Shown here: one piece after another, positions 9,544 to 19,536 of the stretch
How the letters are laid out: every line of letters starts with the position of its first letter
How positions within the stretch are numbered: position 1 is the stretch's first letter
Assembly (NCBI GenBank): GCA_963762145.1
Contig: CAVXJS010000014.1
Coordinates: 64,001-128,000, forward strand
DNA length: 64,000 nucleotides
Direction of reading: 5' to 3'
DNA from: an uncultured Candidatus Rokubacteria bacterium
GTDB taxonomy: Bacteria > Methylomirabilota > Methylomirabilia > Rokubacteriales > CSP1-6
The notes under the pieces: model-generated
Database searches by the model: none
What the model saw: only the letters and a program-made list of their open reading frames with translations
Told to the model about the DNA's origin: nothing
Translations under genes and position numbers: made by a program

Positions 9544-11795
9544 GCGACTCGACACCGCACCGTCTGACGAACGGCCACGATCTCCTGGCGACTCTTCCCC
9601 CGTCCCGGCTCGAGGCGGATTCCCGCCGATTCGCGGAAAGCGGCGCGCACTTCTGGGACTACTGGACGGTGCTCACCCGGCGCCGCGGGACGGTGGCGCT
9701 GGTGTTCCTGGGCGCCGTTCTCACCGCGTTCGTCTGGAGCGTGACCGCACGACCGGTATTCACGGGAACCGCGATGCTCCGCATCGAGAAGGAGGAGCCG
9801 CGGATCCTGAAGTTCGAGCCGACCGGGCGCGACGAGAACGCGGGCGACTTCGCGCAGACCCAGCTGCAGACGTACCACCGCCTCCTGCAACGCCGCGCGC
9901 TCGCCAACCGGGTCATCGGGCTCGTGGACCTCGAGCGCCAGCCCGAGTTCGCCTCGGTCGGACGTCGGCCGGGGGAGCTGACCGACGTGTTCCTCGAGCG
10001 GCTCCGGGTCGAGCCGGTCCGGAACACGCGGCTGGTCAAGGTCTCGTTCGAGAGCCGTAGCCCCGAGCTGGCCGCCCACGTCGTGAACACGCTGGCCGAC
10101 TCGGTCATCGCCCAGCAGCTCGACGACAAGAAGGACGCGAGCCAGTACGCCACGCGGTTCCTGACCACCCAGGTGAATGACGCCCGACAGGCCCTGCAGT
10201 CGAGCGAGACGCACCTCAGCCAGTTCCTGGAGGAGAACGACATCCTGTTCGTGGGCGGCGAGCGCATCGGCGACCGGGTGGGCGAGCGGCAGGCCCTGGT
10301 CAGCCAGGAGCTGGGGACCCTGTCCGACGCGCTGCTCAAGGCGAAGGCGGAGCGCATCACCAAGGAGAGCATGCTCACCCAGGCGACGCGCGCGACCCCC
10401 GACGCCCTCCCGGCGGTGCTGCAGGACCCCCTGATCGCCCATCTCAAGGAGGAGGCGACGAAGCTCGAGGGGCGGTATCGGGAGCTCGGCCAGTCCTTCA
10501 AGCCCGAGTATCCGCGCATGCAGCGGTTGGCCGAGAACATCCGGGAGGTGCGGCGGCAGATCCACGCGGAGATCCAGCGGTTCGTCGAAGCGGCCCGGGC
10601 GGAATACGGGGCCGCGCTCCAGAAGGAGACCGAGGTCCGGAAGCTCGCGGACGCGCAGCGCGGGCTGGCGCGCAAGCTGGACGGCCAGATGGCGCGGTAC
10701 AACCTGCTCCGGCGGGAAGTGGACACGAATCGCGAGCTCTACAGCGCCCTGTCCACCCGGCTGAAAGAGACGCAGGTGGCCTCGTCGCTCCTGGTCTCGA
10801 ATATCTCGGTGGTGGATCGCGCGGACGTTCCCCTGAAGCGCTCGGGCCCGCGCACCGGGCTCAACCTGTTGGTCGGGTGCATGGTGGGCCTGGTCGGGGG
10901 CGTGGCCATCGCGTTTCTCTTCGAGTACCTGGACACGAGCATCCGCGATCCCCGTGAGATCGAAGCCCTCCTCCGCGTCCCCACGCTCGGGCTGGTGCCG
11001 ACGCGCGCCGCGCTCCCGGTCCGTCTCGATCCCCGGCTCGCCGGGCCGGACGACGGAAACCCGGGCGCCTTCGCGCTGGTCGCCCACCAGGCGACGAGCT
11101 CGATTCTCGCGGAGGCGTTCCGAAATCTGCGGACGAGCGTGGTGTACGCGACACCGGAGCGCCCGCCCAAGACCATCATGGTGACCTCGCTCCAGCAGCA
11201 GGACGGCAAGACCTCGCTCTCGACGAACTTCGCGATCAGCCTGGCCCAGCTCGGGATGGGCGACGTGTTGCTGGTGGACGCCGACATGCGGCATCCCGAT
11301 CTCCACGGGGTTCTCGGCGTCCCCCAGACCCCCGGCCTGTCCGACGTGCTCGTGGGCGGCGTGAGTGCCACGGAGGCCATCCGGCCGACGCGGATCCCCG
11401 GCCTCTTCGTGATCCCGGCGGGGCCGGTGCCCGCGAACCCGTCGGAGCTCCTGTACTCTCCGCGCCTCACGCAGGCCCTGGCCGTGCTCGAGGAGCGGTT
11501 CGTCCACATCGTGATCGATACGCCGCCCCTGCTGGGGGTCAGCGACACGCTCGTGCTCGCGCCCCGGGTGGAAGGCATCCTCCTGGTACTTCGCCACGGC
11601 CACGCGGCTCGGGATGCCGCGCAGCGCGCGGTGCAGATGCTCGGCTCCGTTCGCGCCCGCCTCCTGGGCGTCGTCCTCAATCACGCGGACGCGCGGCGGA
11701 CCCCCGGCGGCTATCAGTACTACCGCAAGGAACCGGTTTCTTCCGGGCCGGCGACGTCGGCCCACTGGACGACGAGAGATCGATCCGCATCGTGA
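9540..11795 (+). CDS. wzc: Polysaccharide co-polymerase / BY-kinase
   Basis: Two TM segments flanking coiled coil; AEAFRNLRTS, Walker A ..DGKTS, VDADMRHP, VIDTPP, C-terminal YQYY. Confidence 0.93.
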   Translation: MSDSTPHRLTNGHDLLATLPPSRLEADSRRFAESGAHFWDYWTVLTRRRGTVALVFLGAVLTAFVWSVTARPVFTGTAMLRIEKEEPRILKFEPTGRDENAGDFAQTQLQTYHRLLQRRALANRVIGLVDLERQPEFASVGRRPGELTDVFLERLRVEPVRNTRLVKVSFESRSPELAAHVVNTLADSVIAQQLDDKKDASQYATRFLTTQVNDARQALQSSETHLSQFLEENDILFVGGERIGDRVGERQALVSQELGTLSDALLKAKAERITKESMLTQATRATPDALPAVLQDPLIAHLKEEATKLEGRYRELGQSFKPEYPRMQRLAENIREVRRQIHAEIQRFVEAARAEYGAALQKETEVRKLADAQRGLARKLDGQMARYNLLRREVDTNRELYSALSTRLKETQVASSLLVSNISVVDRADVPLKRSGPRTGLNLLVGCMVGLVGGVAIAFLFEYLDTSIRDPREIEALLRVPTLGLVPTRAALPVRLDPRLAGPDDGNPGAFALVAHQATSSILAEAFRNLRTSVVYATPERPPKTIMVTSLQQQDGKTSLSTNFAISLAQLGMGDVLLVDADMRHPDLHGVLGVPQTPGLSDVLVGGVSATEAIRPTRIPGLFVIPAGPVPANPSELLYSPRLTQALAVLEERFVHIVIDTPPLLGVSDTLVLAPRVEGILLVLRHGHAARDAAQRAVQMLGSVRARLLGVVLNHADARRTPGGYQYYRKEPVSSGPATSAHWTTRDRSAS

Positions 11796-13732
11796 GATAT
11801 GAGACCCGTTCGGGACGACCGCTCGTCACGACCACGCGCGTGTCGGTGGTCCTCGTGGACCTCCTGCTGGCCGTCGCCGCGAACTACTTCGCCTTCTGGC
11901 TGCGATTCGATGGCGCGATCCCCGCCGCGGCCTGGAGCCTCTGGGCGGCCACCGTTCCCGCGCTCGTGCTGCTTCGAGGACTCAGCTTCGTCCCGTTCCA
12001 CGTCTACGACTCGGTCTGGGAGTACGTGGGGCTCCGGGACCTGCGGGCGATCGTGGCCAGCGTGACCATGAGTAGCCTCCTCTTCTGCCTGCTGATCCGC
12101 GGGGTCCTGGGGCTGCGCGCCTATCCGCGCTCGGTGTTCCTGATGGATCTGGTGCTCGTGGTGTTCCTCATGGCGTCGGCCCGGGTCGGCTGGCGCCTGC
12201 TGCGGGAGCGCCGGGCGAACACGCGGACCCGGAGGGTCTTGATCTTCGGCGCGGGAGACGCGGGGGCCCGTATCGTCCGGGAGCTCCTGAAGGGCGGAGA
12301 GCACGGGTATCACCCGGTGGGGTTCGTGGACGACGATCCGGCCAAGATGGGGCGGCGAATTCACGGAGTTCCGGTGCTGGGAACCCGGGCGGACCTGCCG
12401 CGGATCATCGACAAGACGAAACCCACCGAGGTGCTGGTGGCGATCGCGCGGGCCGCTCCCGCGACGTTCCGGGGAGTGGTGAAGGAGCTCGAGTCGCACA
12501 AGCTGACCATCCGGGCGATGCCGCACCTCCGGGAGATCCTCGATGGGCGAGCGAGGCTCCACGACGTGCGTGACCTCGCGGTCGCGGATCTGCTCGGGCG
12601 GGTGCCGGTGGGGCTCGACATGGATACCGTGCGACATCTGGTCGAGGGCAAGAGAGTGCTCGTGACCGGCGCCGGCGGGACCATCGGATCCGAGCTCAGT
12701 CGGCAGATCGCCGAGCTGGGACCGAAAAGCCTCGTGCTGTTCGAGCGCTACGAGAACGCGCTCTGGGAGGTCGAGCGGTCGGTGGCGGGGTTGAACCGCG
12801 GCGGGCGGGTATATTCCGTCATCGCCGACGTCACCGACGCGCAGCGGGTCGACGAGGTGCTCGCCGATCACCGCCCGGAGCTGATCCTCCACGCGGCGGC
12901 CCACAAGCACGTGCCCCTCATGGAGCTCAATCCCTGCGAGGCGATCAAGAACAACGTGCGGGGCACGCGGATCGTCGGGGAGGCCGCGGTCCGCCACGGG
13001 GTCGAGCGATTCGTCCTGATCTCGAGCGACAAGGCGGTCAACCCTTCGAGCGTGATGGGGGCCACCAAGCGGGTGGCGGAGCTGCTCGCGATGTCCCTGG
13101 CCGAGCGGGGCCCGACCGGATTCGTCGTGGTGCGCTTCGGCAACGTGATCGGAAGCAACGGCAGCGTGATCCCGCTCTTTCTCGAGCAGATCAAGGGCGG
13201 GGGGCCGGTCACCGTCACGCATCCCGACATGCGTCGCTACTTCATGCTGATCCCGGAAGCGGTGCAGCTCGTGCTCCAGGCCGCCACCCTCGGCGAGAAT
13301 GGAGCGCTCTACGTCCTCGACATGGGCGACGAGATCCGGGTGGTGGACATGGCGCGGAACCTGATCCGGCTGGCCGGCTTCATTCCCGAGCGCGAGATTC
13401 CGATCGTCTACATCGGGGTGCGACCCGGCGAGAAGCTTGCGGAGGAACTGGTGGCCTCGGACGAGACGATCGAGCCGTCGAGCCTGGAAGGGATCCGGCG
13501 GGTTCGATCGGCCGGAGGCCTGTCGCTCGCGAGTCTCGGGCGCAGCGTGGCGGACCTCGAGCGCTTCGCCGAGAAGGGGGCGACCGGCGCCGTCATGCAG
13601 CAGCTCGGCGCGATGGTGGCGATGTTCCGGCCCCCCCACGCGCCGCCGGAGGTCGCGAAGGGCCGGGCCATCCTTCCCGCGGACGTGGTGGCGCCTGCCG
13701 CCGCGGTGGGCGGGGCGCGAGGTGCCGCGTGA
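11792..13732 (+). CDS. Membrane-bound UDP-GlcNAc 4,6-dehydratase (CapD/PglF/WbpM family)
   Basis: 4 TM; TGAGGTIGSEL; HAAAHKHVP; SDKAVNP..MGATK; RFGNV; RPGEKL.EEL. Confidence 0.94.
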   Translation: MRYETRSGRPLVTTTRVSVVLVDLLLAVAANYFAFWLRFDGAIPAAAWSLWAATVPALVLLRGLSFVPFHVYDSVWEYVGLRDLRAIVASVTMSSLLFCLLIRGVLGLRAYPRSVFLMDLVLVVFLMASARVGWRLLRERRANTRTRRVLIFGAGDAGARIVRELLKGGEHGYHPVGFVDDDPAKMGRRIHGVPVLGTRADLPRIIDKTKPTEVLVAIARAAPATFRGVVKELESHKLTIRAMPHLREILDGRARLHDVRDLAVADLLGRVPVGLDMDTVRHLVEGKRVLVTGAGGTIGSELSRQIAELGPKSLVLFERYENALWEVERSVAGLNRGGRVYSVIADVTDAQRVDEVLADHRPELILHAAAHKHVPLMELNPCEAIKNNVRGTRIVGEAAVRHGVERFVLISSDKAVNPSSVMGATKRVAELLAMSLAERGPTGFVVVRFGNVIGSNGSVIPLFLEQIKGGGPVTVTHPDMRRYFMLIPEAVQLVLQAATLGENGALYVLDMGDEIRVVDMARNLIRLAGFIPEREIPIVYIGVRPGEKLAEELVASDETIEPSSLEGIRRVRSAGGLSLASLGRSVADLERFAEKGATGAVMQQLGAMVAMFRPPHAPPEVAKGRAILPADVVAPAAAVGGARGAA

Positions 13733-14415
13733 CGGGCGGGGCGGGGGCGCCGGCGCGCCGGTCCGGATGGTGGCCGGGCCGGCCCAAGCGCGTGTTCGAT
13801 CTGGTGGTGGCCTCGGTCGGTCTGATCGTGCTGGCCCCCCTGCTGGGCGTGACCTCCCTGGTGATCCGGCTGTCCCTTGGCCGGCCGGTCGTCTTCGCGC
13901 AACGGCGGCCGGGCCGGCACGGGCGCCCGTTCACCCTCTACAAATTTCGCACCATGAGGGCCACCCGCGGGCCCGACGGGGGGCTCCTGTCGGATCGGGA
14001 GCGACTGACCGGTCTCGGGCGGTTGCTCCGCCGGACGAGCATCGACGAGCTTCCGGAGCTCATCAACGTGATCAGGGGCGACATGAGCCTGGTCGGCCCC
14101 CGGCCGCTCCTGATGGAGTATCTACCCCGCTACACGCGGGAGCAGGCCCGGCGCCACGACGTGCGACCCGGGATCACCGGCTGGGCTCAGCTCAACGGCC
14201 GCAACACCCTGCCGTGGGAGCGCCGGTTCGCGCTGGACGTCTGGTACGTGGAGCACCAGTCGTGCCGGCTCGACATCCGGATCTTGCTGCTGACGCTCTG
14301 GAAGACGCTCGCCCAGGTCGACGTCAGCCAGCCCGGGGAGGGGACCGAGGAGCACTTCCGTGGCCGCGAGACCGCGGCGGACGTGCCCGCGCGCGACATC
14401 GAGGTCGCGCGGTGA
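13729..14415 (+). CDS. Priming phosphoglycosyltransferase (PglC-like)
   Basis: KRVFD; KFRTM; SIDELP..GDMSLVGPRP; RPGITGWAQ. Confidence 0.94.
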   Translation: MTGGAGAPARRSGWWPGRPKRVFDLVVASVGLIVLAPLLGVTSLVIRLSLGRPVVFAQRRPGRHGRPFTLYKFRTMRATRGPDGGLLSDRERLTGLGRLLRRTSIDELPELINVIRGDMSLVGPRPLLMEYLPRYTREQARRHDVRPGITGWAQLNGRNTLPWERRFALDVWYVEHQSCRLDIRILLLTLWKTLAQVDVSQPGEGTEEHFRGRETAADVPARDIEVAR

Positions 14416-14494
14416 GTCGGACTGCGCCGGGCGCCGGCGCGATCGCCGTGAACCTGTCTGCGCTGCGGCGTGTCGAAGCCGCGGAGGCCTCGCG

Positions 14495-15613
14495 ATGGAC
14501 CTGATGCCGATCATTCGCCCGACCCTGCCGGAGTTCCGCGAGTTCGAGGAGCTCGTTCGCCCGAGCTGGGACGAGGGTCAGGTCACGACGGGCCGCATCG
14601 TGCGCGCGTTCGAGGAGGAGATCTGCCGGTACACCGGCGCGCGCGAGGCGGTGGCGATGTCGTCGTGCACCGCGGGGCTCATGCTGGCCGCCCAGGCGAT
14701 GGAGCTGCCCGCGGGGGCCGAGGTCATCGTGCCGTCCTTCACGTTCGCGGCCACCGCGCAGGCGCTGGTGTGGAACGGCCTGGTGCCGGTGTTCTGCGAC
14801 TGCCGGCCGGGATCGCTGACCCTCGATCCGGCCGACGTCGAGCGGAACCTGACGCCGAGAACCGCCGCGATCTGCGCGGCGTACGTCTACGGCCTTCCCC
14901 CCGACATCGAGGCGCTGACCGAGCTCGGCGAGCGCCACGGGCTCCCGGTGTACTTCGACAGTGCCCAGGGACTGGGCGCCGAGTACCAGGGCCGGAAGGC
15001 GGGCGGCTTCGGGTCCTGCGAGATCTTCTCGCTGAGCCCGACCAAGGTCGTCACCGCGATCGAGGGCGGCGTGATCTGCACCAGCGACCCCCGGGTCTCG
15101 GCGCGCCTGCGATCGATGCGCGACTACGGCAAGGATCCGCAGAAGGGGGAGGACATGGTCCACCTGGGCCTCTCCGCCCGGATGAGCGAGCTGCACGCCG
15201 CGGTGGGCGTGCTCTCGCTGAGGCGGGTCGACGAGCTGGTGAAGGCGCGGCGGCAGCTCATCGAGATCTACCGGGCGCGGCTCGGGGCGCTTCCGGGATG
15301 CGGCGTGCAGAGCATGCCGGCCGACCGGTCGAGCAGCGGGAACTACTTCGTGCTGTTCGTCACCGCCCGGGCCCGGGCCGGCCGCGACGCGGTGTACGCC
15401 GGCCTCGCGGCGCGCGGGATCCAGACCAAGCGGTACTTCTATCCCCCCGTCCACGAGCAGACGCTCCTGCGGCGGGTGGCGCATCGGGTGAGCGATCGGA
15501 TGGAGCACACCGTGGCCGCGAGCCGGGAGGCCCTGGCCCTGCCGCTCTACTCGCACATGACGCCGGAACAGGTCGACCGCGTGTGTCGGGAGGTCGAGTG
15601 CCTGCTGGCCTGA
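14495..15613 (+). CDS. DegT/DnrJ/EryC1/StrS sugar aminotransferase
   Basis: EVIVPSFTFAAT; DSAQ; SLSPTK..EGG PLP lysine; LALPLY. Confidence 0.93.
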   Translation: MDLMPIIRPTLPEFREFEELVRPSWDEGQVTTGRIVRAFEEEICRYTGAREAVAMSSCTAGLMLAAQAMELPAGAEVIVPSFTFAATAQALVWNGLVPVFCDCRPGSLTLDPADVERNLTPRTAAICAAYVYGLPPDIEALTELGERHGLPVYFDSAQGLGAEYQGRKAGGFGSCEIFSLSPTKVVTAIEGGVICTSDPRVSARLRSMRDYGKDPQKGEDMVHLGLSARMSELHAAVGVLSLRRVDELVKARRQLIEIYRARLGALPGCGVQSMPADRSSSGNYFVLFVTARARAGRDAVYAGLAARGIQTKRYFYPPVHEQTLLRRVAHRVSDRMEHTVAASREALALPLYSHMTPEQVDRVCREVECLLA

Positions 15614-15648
15614 TCCAGGCCGCCGCTCGCCGCCAGAGGAATCCACGC

Positions 15649-16974
15649 GTGACCGCCGCCACCAAGAGCGAGCTGACCCTGTCGGTCCCGGGCGATTCGA
15701 TCGCCACCCATTTCGCGATCGGCGCCTTCTGGGCGCTGGTCGGCGCGGTGGTGTCGCGCGGCTTGACGCTGGCGTCGTCGGTGCTGGCCGGACGGCTCCT
15801 GGGCACGACGGGCTTCGGCGAAGTCGCCATGATCCAGAGCACGCAAGGCCTGTTCGGGATCGTGGCCGGGGCCGGGATGGGGCTGGCGGCGACCAAGTTC
15901 GTCGCGGAGTCTCGATCGACCGATCCCGCACGAAGCGGCCGCTGCGTCACGCTGACGACCACCATCGCCCTGATCTCGGGCACCCTGATGGCGCTGGTGC
16001 TCCTGATTCTATCGAGAGCGATCGGCTCGAGCGTGCTGAACGCCCCCCACCTGACCATGGAGCTGCAGGTGGCGACCGGCCTGGTCCTCTTCGGCACGAT
16101 CAGCGGGGTGCAGACGGGCGCCCTCGTCGGCTTCGGCGACTTTCGTGCCCTGGCGGTCCTGAGCAGCGTCCGCGGGGTCTGCCTGTGTGTGTTCCTGATC
16201 GCGGGTATCGAGCTGGGCGGCGTCCTCGGCGGGGTCATCGGCCTGGTCCTGACCGAAGCCATCGCGGTGCTCGCCAACCGCGTGGCGCTGCGGCGGCTCG
16301 TTCCCGAGGCCCGCTCCCGGCCGGACCGCGCCGCGGCGTGGAGCGAGCTGATGACGATGTGCCGATTCAGCGGCCTGAGCCTGCTGGGCAGCGTCTGCAC
16401 GATGTCGGCGATGTGGTTCGCCCACGTGCTGCTGGTCGCGCAGCCCGACGGCTATGCCTCGCTCGGCGTCTTCAACGCGGCCGAACGCTGGCGGCAGCTG
16501 CTCCTGTTCCTCCCCGCCTCGTTCTCGCCGGTGATCCTCACGCTGCTCAGCAACCTGCACGGCACGAACGATCCCGGTGCCTATCGACGGATCTTTGGTC
16601 TCAACCTGGCGGTCAGCCTCGGCGTCGTGGTGATCCCGTCGATCGGCGTCATGCTGTGGGCTTCGTCGGCGATGGGTCTGTTCGGCGACGAGTACCGGGA
16701 CGGCGGGGCGACGCTGATCATCCTGGCCGCCTCGTCGGTCGCGGTGGTGCTCAACAACCTGCTGGGCCAGATCCTGGTGAGCAAGGGGGACATGATGGGC
16801 CGGTTCGTCCTCGACGTCGTGCTCGCCGCGGTCCTCGTGATCGCGTCGTGGCACTTGATCCCGATCTACCGGGAACAGGGGATGGCGCTGGGCAGCTTGA
16901 TCGCGTTCGCGGCGGCGTCGGCCGCGTTGATCGTGACGACCACCTACTCCATGCGAAGGCCGGGGAACCGGTGA
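15649..16974 (+). CDS. wzx: Wzx-type oligosaccharide flippase
   Basis: About 12 TM segments; GRLLG..GFG; LGVFNAA; operon context. Confidence 0.85.
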   Translation: MTAATKSELTLSVPGDSIATHFAIGAFWALVGAVVSRGLTLASSVLAGRLLGTTGFGEVAMIQSTQGLFGIVAGAGMGLAATKFVAESRSTDPARSGRCVTLTTTIALISGTLMALVLLILSRAIGSSVLNAPHLTMELQVATGLVLFGTISGVQTGALVGFGDFRALAVLSSVRGVCLCVFLIAGIELGGVLGGVIGLVLTEAIAVLANRVALRRLVPEARSRPDRAAAWSELMTMCRFSGLSLLGSVCTMSAMWFAHVLLVAQPDGYASLGVFNAAERWRQLLLFLPASFSPVILTLLSNLHGTNDPGAYRRIFGLNLAVSLGVVVIPSIGVMLWASSAMGLFGDEYRDGGATLIILAASSVAVVLNNLLGQILVSKGDMMGRFVLDVVLAAVLVIASWHLIPIYREQGMALGSLIAFAAASAALIVTTTYSMRRPGNR

Positions 16975-18413
16975 CGACGGCCTTGACGCGGAACGCGGCG
17001 CCTCGCGCCACCGTCTGGGTGCTCGCGATCAACGCCATCGCCCTGATCGCATTCACGTGCGCGCCGGTGGCGCAGGAGTATCCGCTCGCGGCGGTCGGCA
17101 TCCTGGCCTTTCTGCTCGTGCAGGCGGTTCTGCCCGCGTGTCGAATCCGCGTCACCGCTCCGGTGTGTCCGGCCAACATTGCCCAGGGCTACTACTGGAT
17201 CCAGCTCGTGCTGATCACGGTGCTGGTCGGCTACTTCGGGTTCAGCCAGGGAGTGTTGCCGCATCTGCCGTCGAAGGATGCGATGAATCTGGCCATCGTC
17301 GTGCACGTCGTGGGCTATCTGTCCTTCTGTGTGGCGTACCAATGCGGGAGCCGGGTGACCGTGCGGCGGGGCCGGTCTCACGGCGGGGCCGCCGGCACCG
17401 CCTACTTGATCGTGCCGTTCGCGGTCGTGGGAGTGGTGGGATTCCTGCTCAGCCACGGGGGCCTGGCAGGGTTCAGCGACTACGTCGCGTCGCCGGTCGA
17501 GGGCCGCCTGCGGGCCGAGGAGGCCGCGACGCTGGCCGGGGCCGCCGGCAGCTTCCTGAAGCACTTCCTCGGCTTCGCGGTGGTGCTGGCCTGGAGCTGG
17601 TGGCTCGGGGCGTGGCGGCACCGGAAGGTGTCGATCATCGCCATGACGGCGGGAGTCGTGGTGCTCCTCCTGATCGCCAACTTCAACTACAACCGCGGCA
17701 GCATGCTCGGACCGATCGTCGGCCTGGCCGCCGCATTCTCCCTGCACGTGCGGCGCATTCCGTTCAAGGGCGTGGTACTGGCCGGCGTGCTCGCGCTGTC
17801 GGTGGCGTTCGTGTTCGGGTGGTATCGGTCCACCGATCTCGACATCAGCGAGCTGTCGGCTTCGGCGATGGCGGATTCGTGGAACCCCGAGGAGGTGGTG
17901 GAGTTCCTGCAGATCTACGCGGGGGCGCCCCAGATGTCCGCGTACCTGATCGAGTCCCTCGAGGGGAAGTTCTACTACGGCGCGACCTTGGTCCCCTCGC
18001 TGGTCTATCCGATTCCGGTGCTGGGCAAGCCGTACCGCGACGTCAGCGGGCCCGTGATATTCAACGGGGTGATCTACGGCGATACCGGTGTCGTCGATCA
18101 GATCATTCCGCTGGACGGCGAGCTGTACATCAACTTCCATCTGGCCGGCGTCGTTCTCGGCCACGTGTTGCTCGGGTGGGGTCTCGCCTGGCTGCAGGGC
18201 AGGTTCATGGCCGCCGCGAGCCCGGTGGAGAGCTACGCGTGGCTCATGATCGCGCTGTGGACCGTGTTCCCGGGAAGCCTGTCGGTCAGCAGCCAGATCT
18301 ACGTGTACTCGTTCTGGCCGATCTACGTCTACTTCGCGGTCAAGAGTGTCCGGGCGTGGAGTGCCGCGACGGCCGGCTCCCATGGAGACCGCGCCGCGGT
18401 GAAGTACTCGTGA
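16971..18413 (+). CDS. Putative Wzy polysaccharide polymerase
   Basis: About 11 TM with large loop; RG motif; FYYG.T; GELYINF.LAGV. Confidence 0.72.
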   Translation: MTTALTRNAAPRATVWVLAINAIALIAFTCAPVAQEYPLAAVGILAFLLVQAVLPACRIRVTAPVCPANIAQGYYWIQLVLITVLVGYFGFSQGVLPHLPSKDAMNLAIVVHVVGYLSFCVAYQCGSRVTVRRGRSHGGAAGTAYLIVPFAVVGVVGFLLSHGGLAGFSDYVASPVEGRLRAEEAATLAGAAGSFLKHFLGFAVVLAWSWWLGAWRHRKVSIIAMTAGVVVLLLIANFNYNRGSMLGPIVGLAAAFSLHVRRIPFKGVVLAGVLALSVAFVFGWYRSTDLDISELSASAMADSWNPEEVVEFLQIYAGAPQMSAYLIESLEGKFYYGATLVPSLVYPIPVLGKPYRDVSGPVIFNGVIYGDTGVVDQIIPLDGELYINFHLAGVVLGHVLLGWGLAWLQGRFMAAASPVESYAWLMIALWTVFPGSLSVSSQIYVYSFWPIYVYFAVKSVRAWSAATAGSHGDRAAVKYS

Positions 18414-19507
18414 AGATCTGCCTGGTCGGGGGCATCTTCGATCGGCCGGAGGCGGTTCGGTCGAAGCAGCTGGTGACGCCGGAGACGGTGTTGCTCGACG
18501 GGTTCCGCAAGGCCGGGGTGGAGGTGCACGCGGTCGGGCACGCCGGGTTTCGGCCTTCGGACGACTACGACATCGTTCACGTCCACCACTTCGGGCGGGC
18601 TGCGCTCAAGATGGCGGCCTCGCGTTGCCGGGCCCGCGTCGTCTTCACCGGCCACAACGGGCTGATTCCCACCGGCTGGGAACGCTCGCGGCTGCGCCGA
18701 TACGCCTTTCAGTACGTGGTGGACAAGGCGGAGGCGTACATCGCGCTGTCGCACGCCGAGGCGCGGTACTACGCCGGGGTGACGGACCCCGGCAAGATAC
18801 ACACCATTCCCAATGGCATTCCGGCCGACATCTTTCGTGCTGCCGGAAGCCGCGAGAAACGGGCCGACAAGCCGCGCTACGACGTCCTCTACGTCGGGCA
18901 GCTGATCGACTGGAAGGGAGTCAACTTCCTGCTCGAAGCGATGGAGCGGCTTCGCAAGCGGCGTCACGTGCATCTTCGCCTGGTCTATCACAACGCCGAG
19001 CTGGAGGCGGACCTCCGACGGCAGGCGCGTCACCTGGGCATCGCGGAGGACGTGGAGTTCGTCGGCATCCGCGGGCCGAGCGAGCTGGCCGAGGAGTATC
19101 ATCGGGCGGATCTGCTGGTCCTGCCGAGCTTCGCCGATTGCTTGCCGAGCGTGGTCACCGAGGCCTTCCTGTGCGGCACCCCGGTGGTGGCGGGCGGGGT
19201 GTGCGGTGTGCCGGAGCAGATCGGACCCTACGGCCTGACCGTGCCGCCGGGCGATCCGGTCGCTCTGGCGAGCGCGATGGAGACGGTCCTCGCCGATCGG
19301 CCGCGCTGGCAGCGCATGGCGGGCGAGATTCGAGCGTATGCGGAGCAGCGGTTCAAGCCGGAGACGATGGTCACCCGCCACCTGGCACTGTATCGCGACC
19401 TGATCGAGGGCCGCACCGCGCCGGCCAGACGTCGGGCCGCCTGGCTGGATCCGATGGTGCGGCTGGCGATCGAGGTCTACTGGCGCCCCCGGCGGGCGGC
19501 GGCGTAG
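18410..19507 (+). CDS. Glycosyltransferase family 4
   Basis: IPNGI; YVGQLIDWKG; ADLLVLPS..D..P..EAFLCGTPVV. Confidence 0.9.
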   Translation: MKICLVGGIFDRPEAVRSKQLVTPETVLLDGFRKAGVEVHAVGHAGFRPSDDYDIVHVHHFGRAALKMAASRCRARVVFTGHNGLIPTGWERSRLRRYAFQYVVDKAEAYIALSHAEARYYAGVTDPGKIHTIPNGIPADIFRAAGSREKRADKPRYDVLYVGQLIDWKGVNFLLEAMERLRKRRHVHLRLVYHNAELEADLRRQARHLGIAEDVEFVGIRGPSELAEEYHRADLLVLPSFADCLPSVVTEAFLCGTPVVAGGVCGVPEQIGPYGLTVPPGDPVALASAMETVLADRPRWQRMAGEIRAYAEQRFKPETMVTRHLALYRDLIEGRTAPARRRAAWLDPMVRLAIEVYWRPRRAAA

Positions 19508-19536
19508 GCCGGCGGGCCAGCCCGGATGAGTACCAG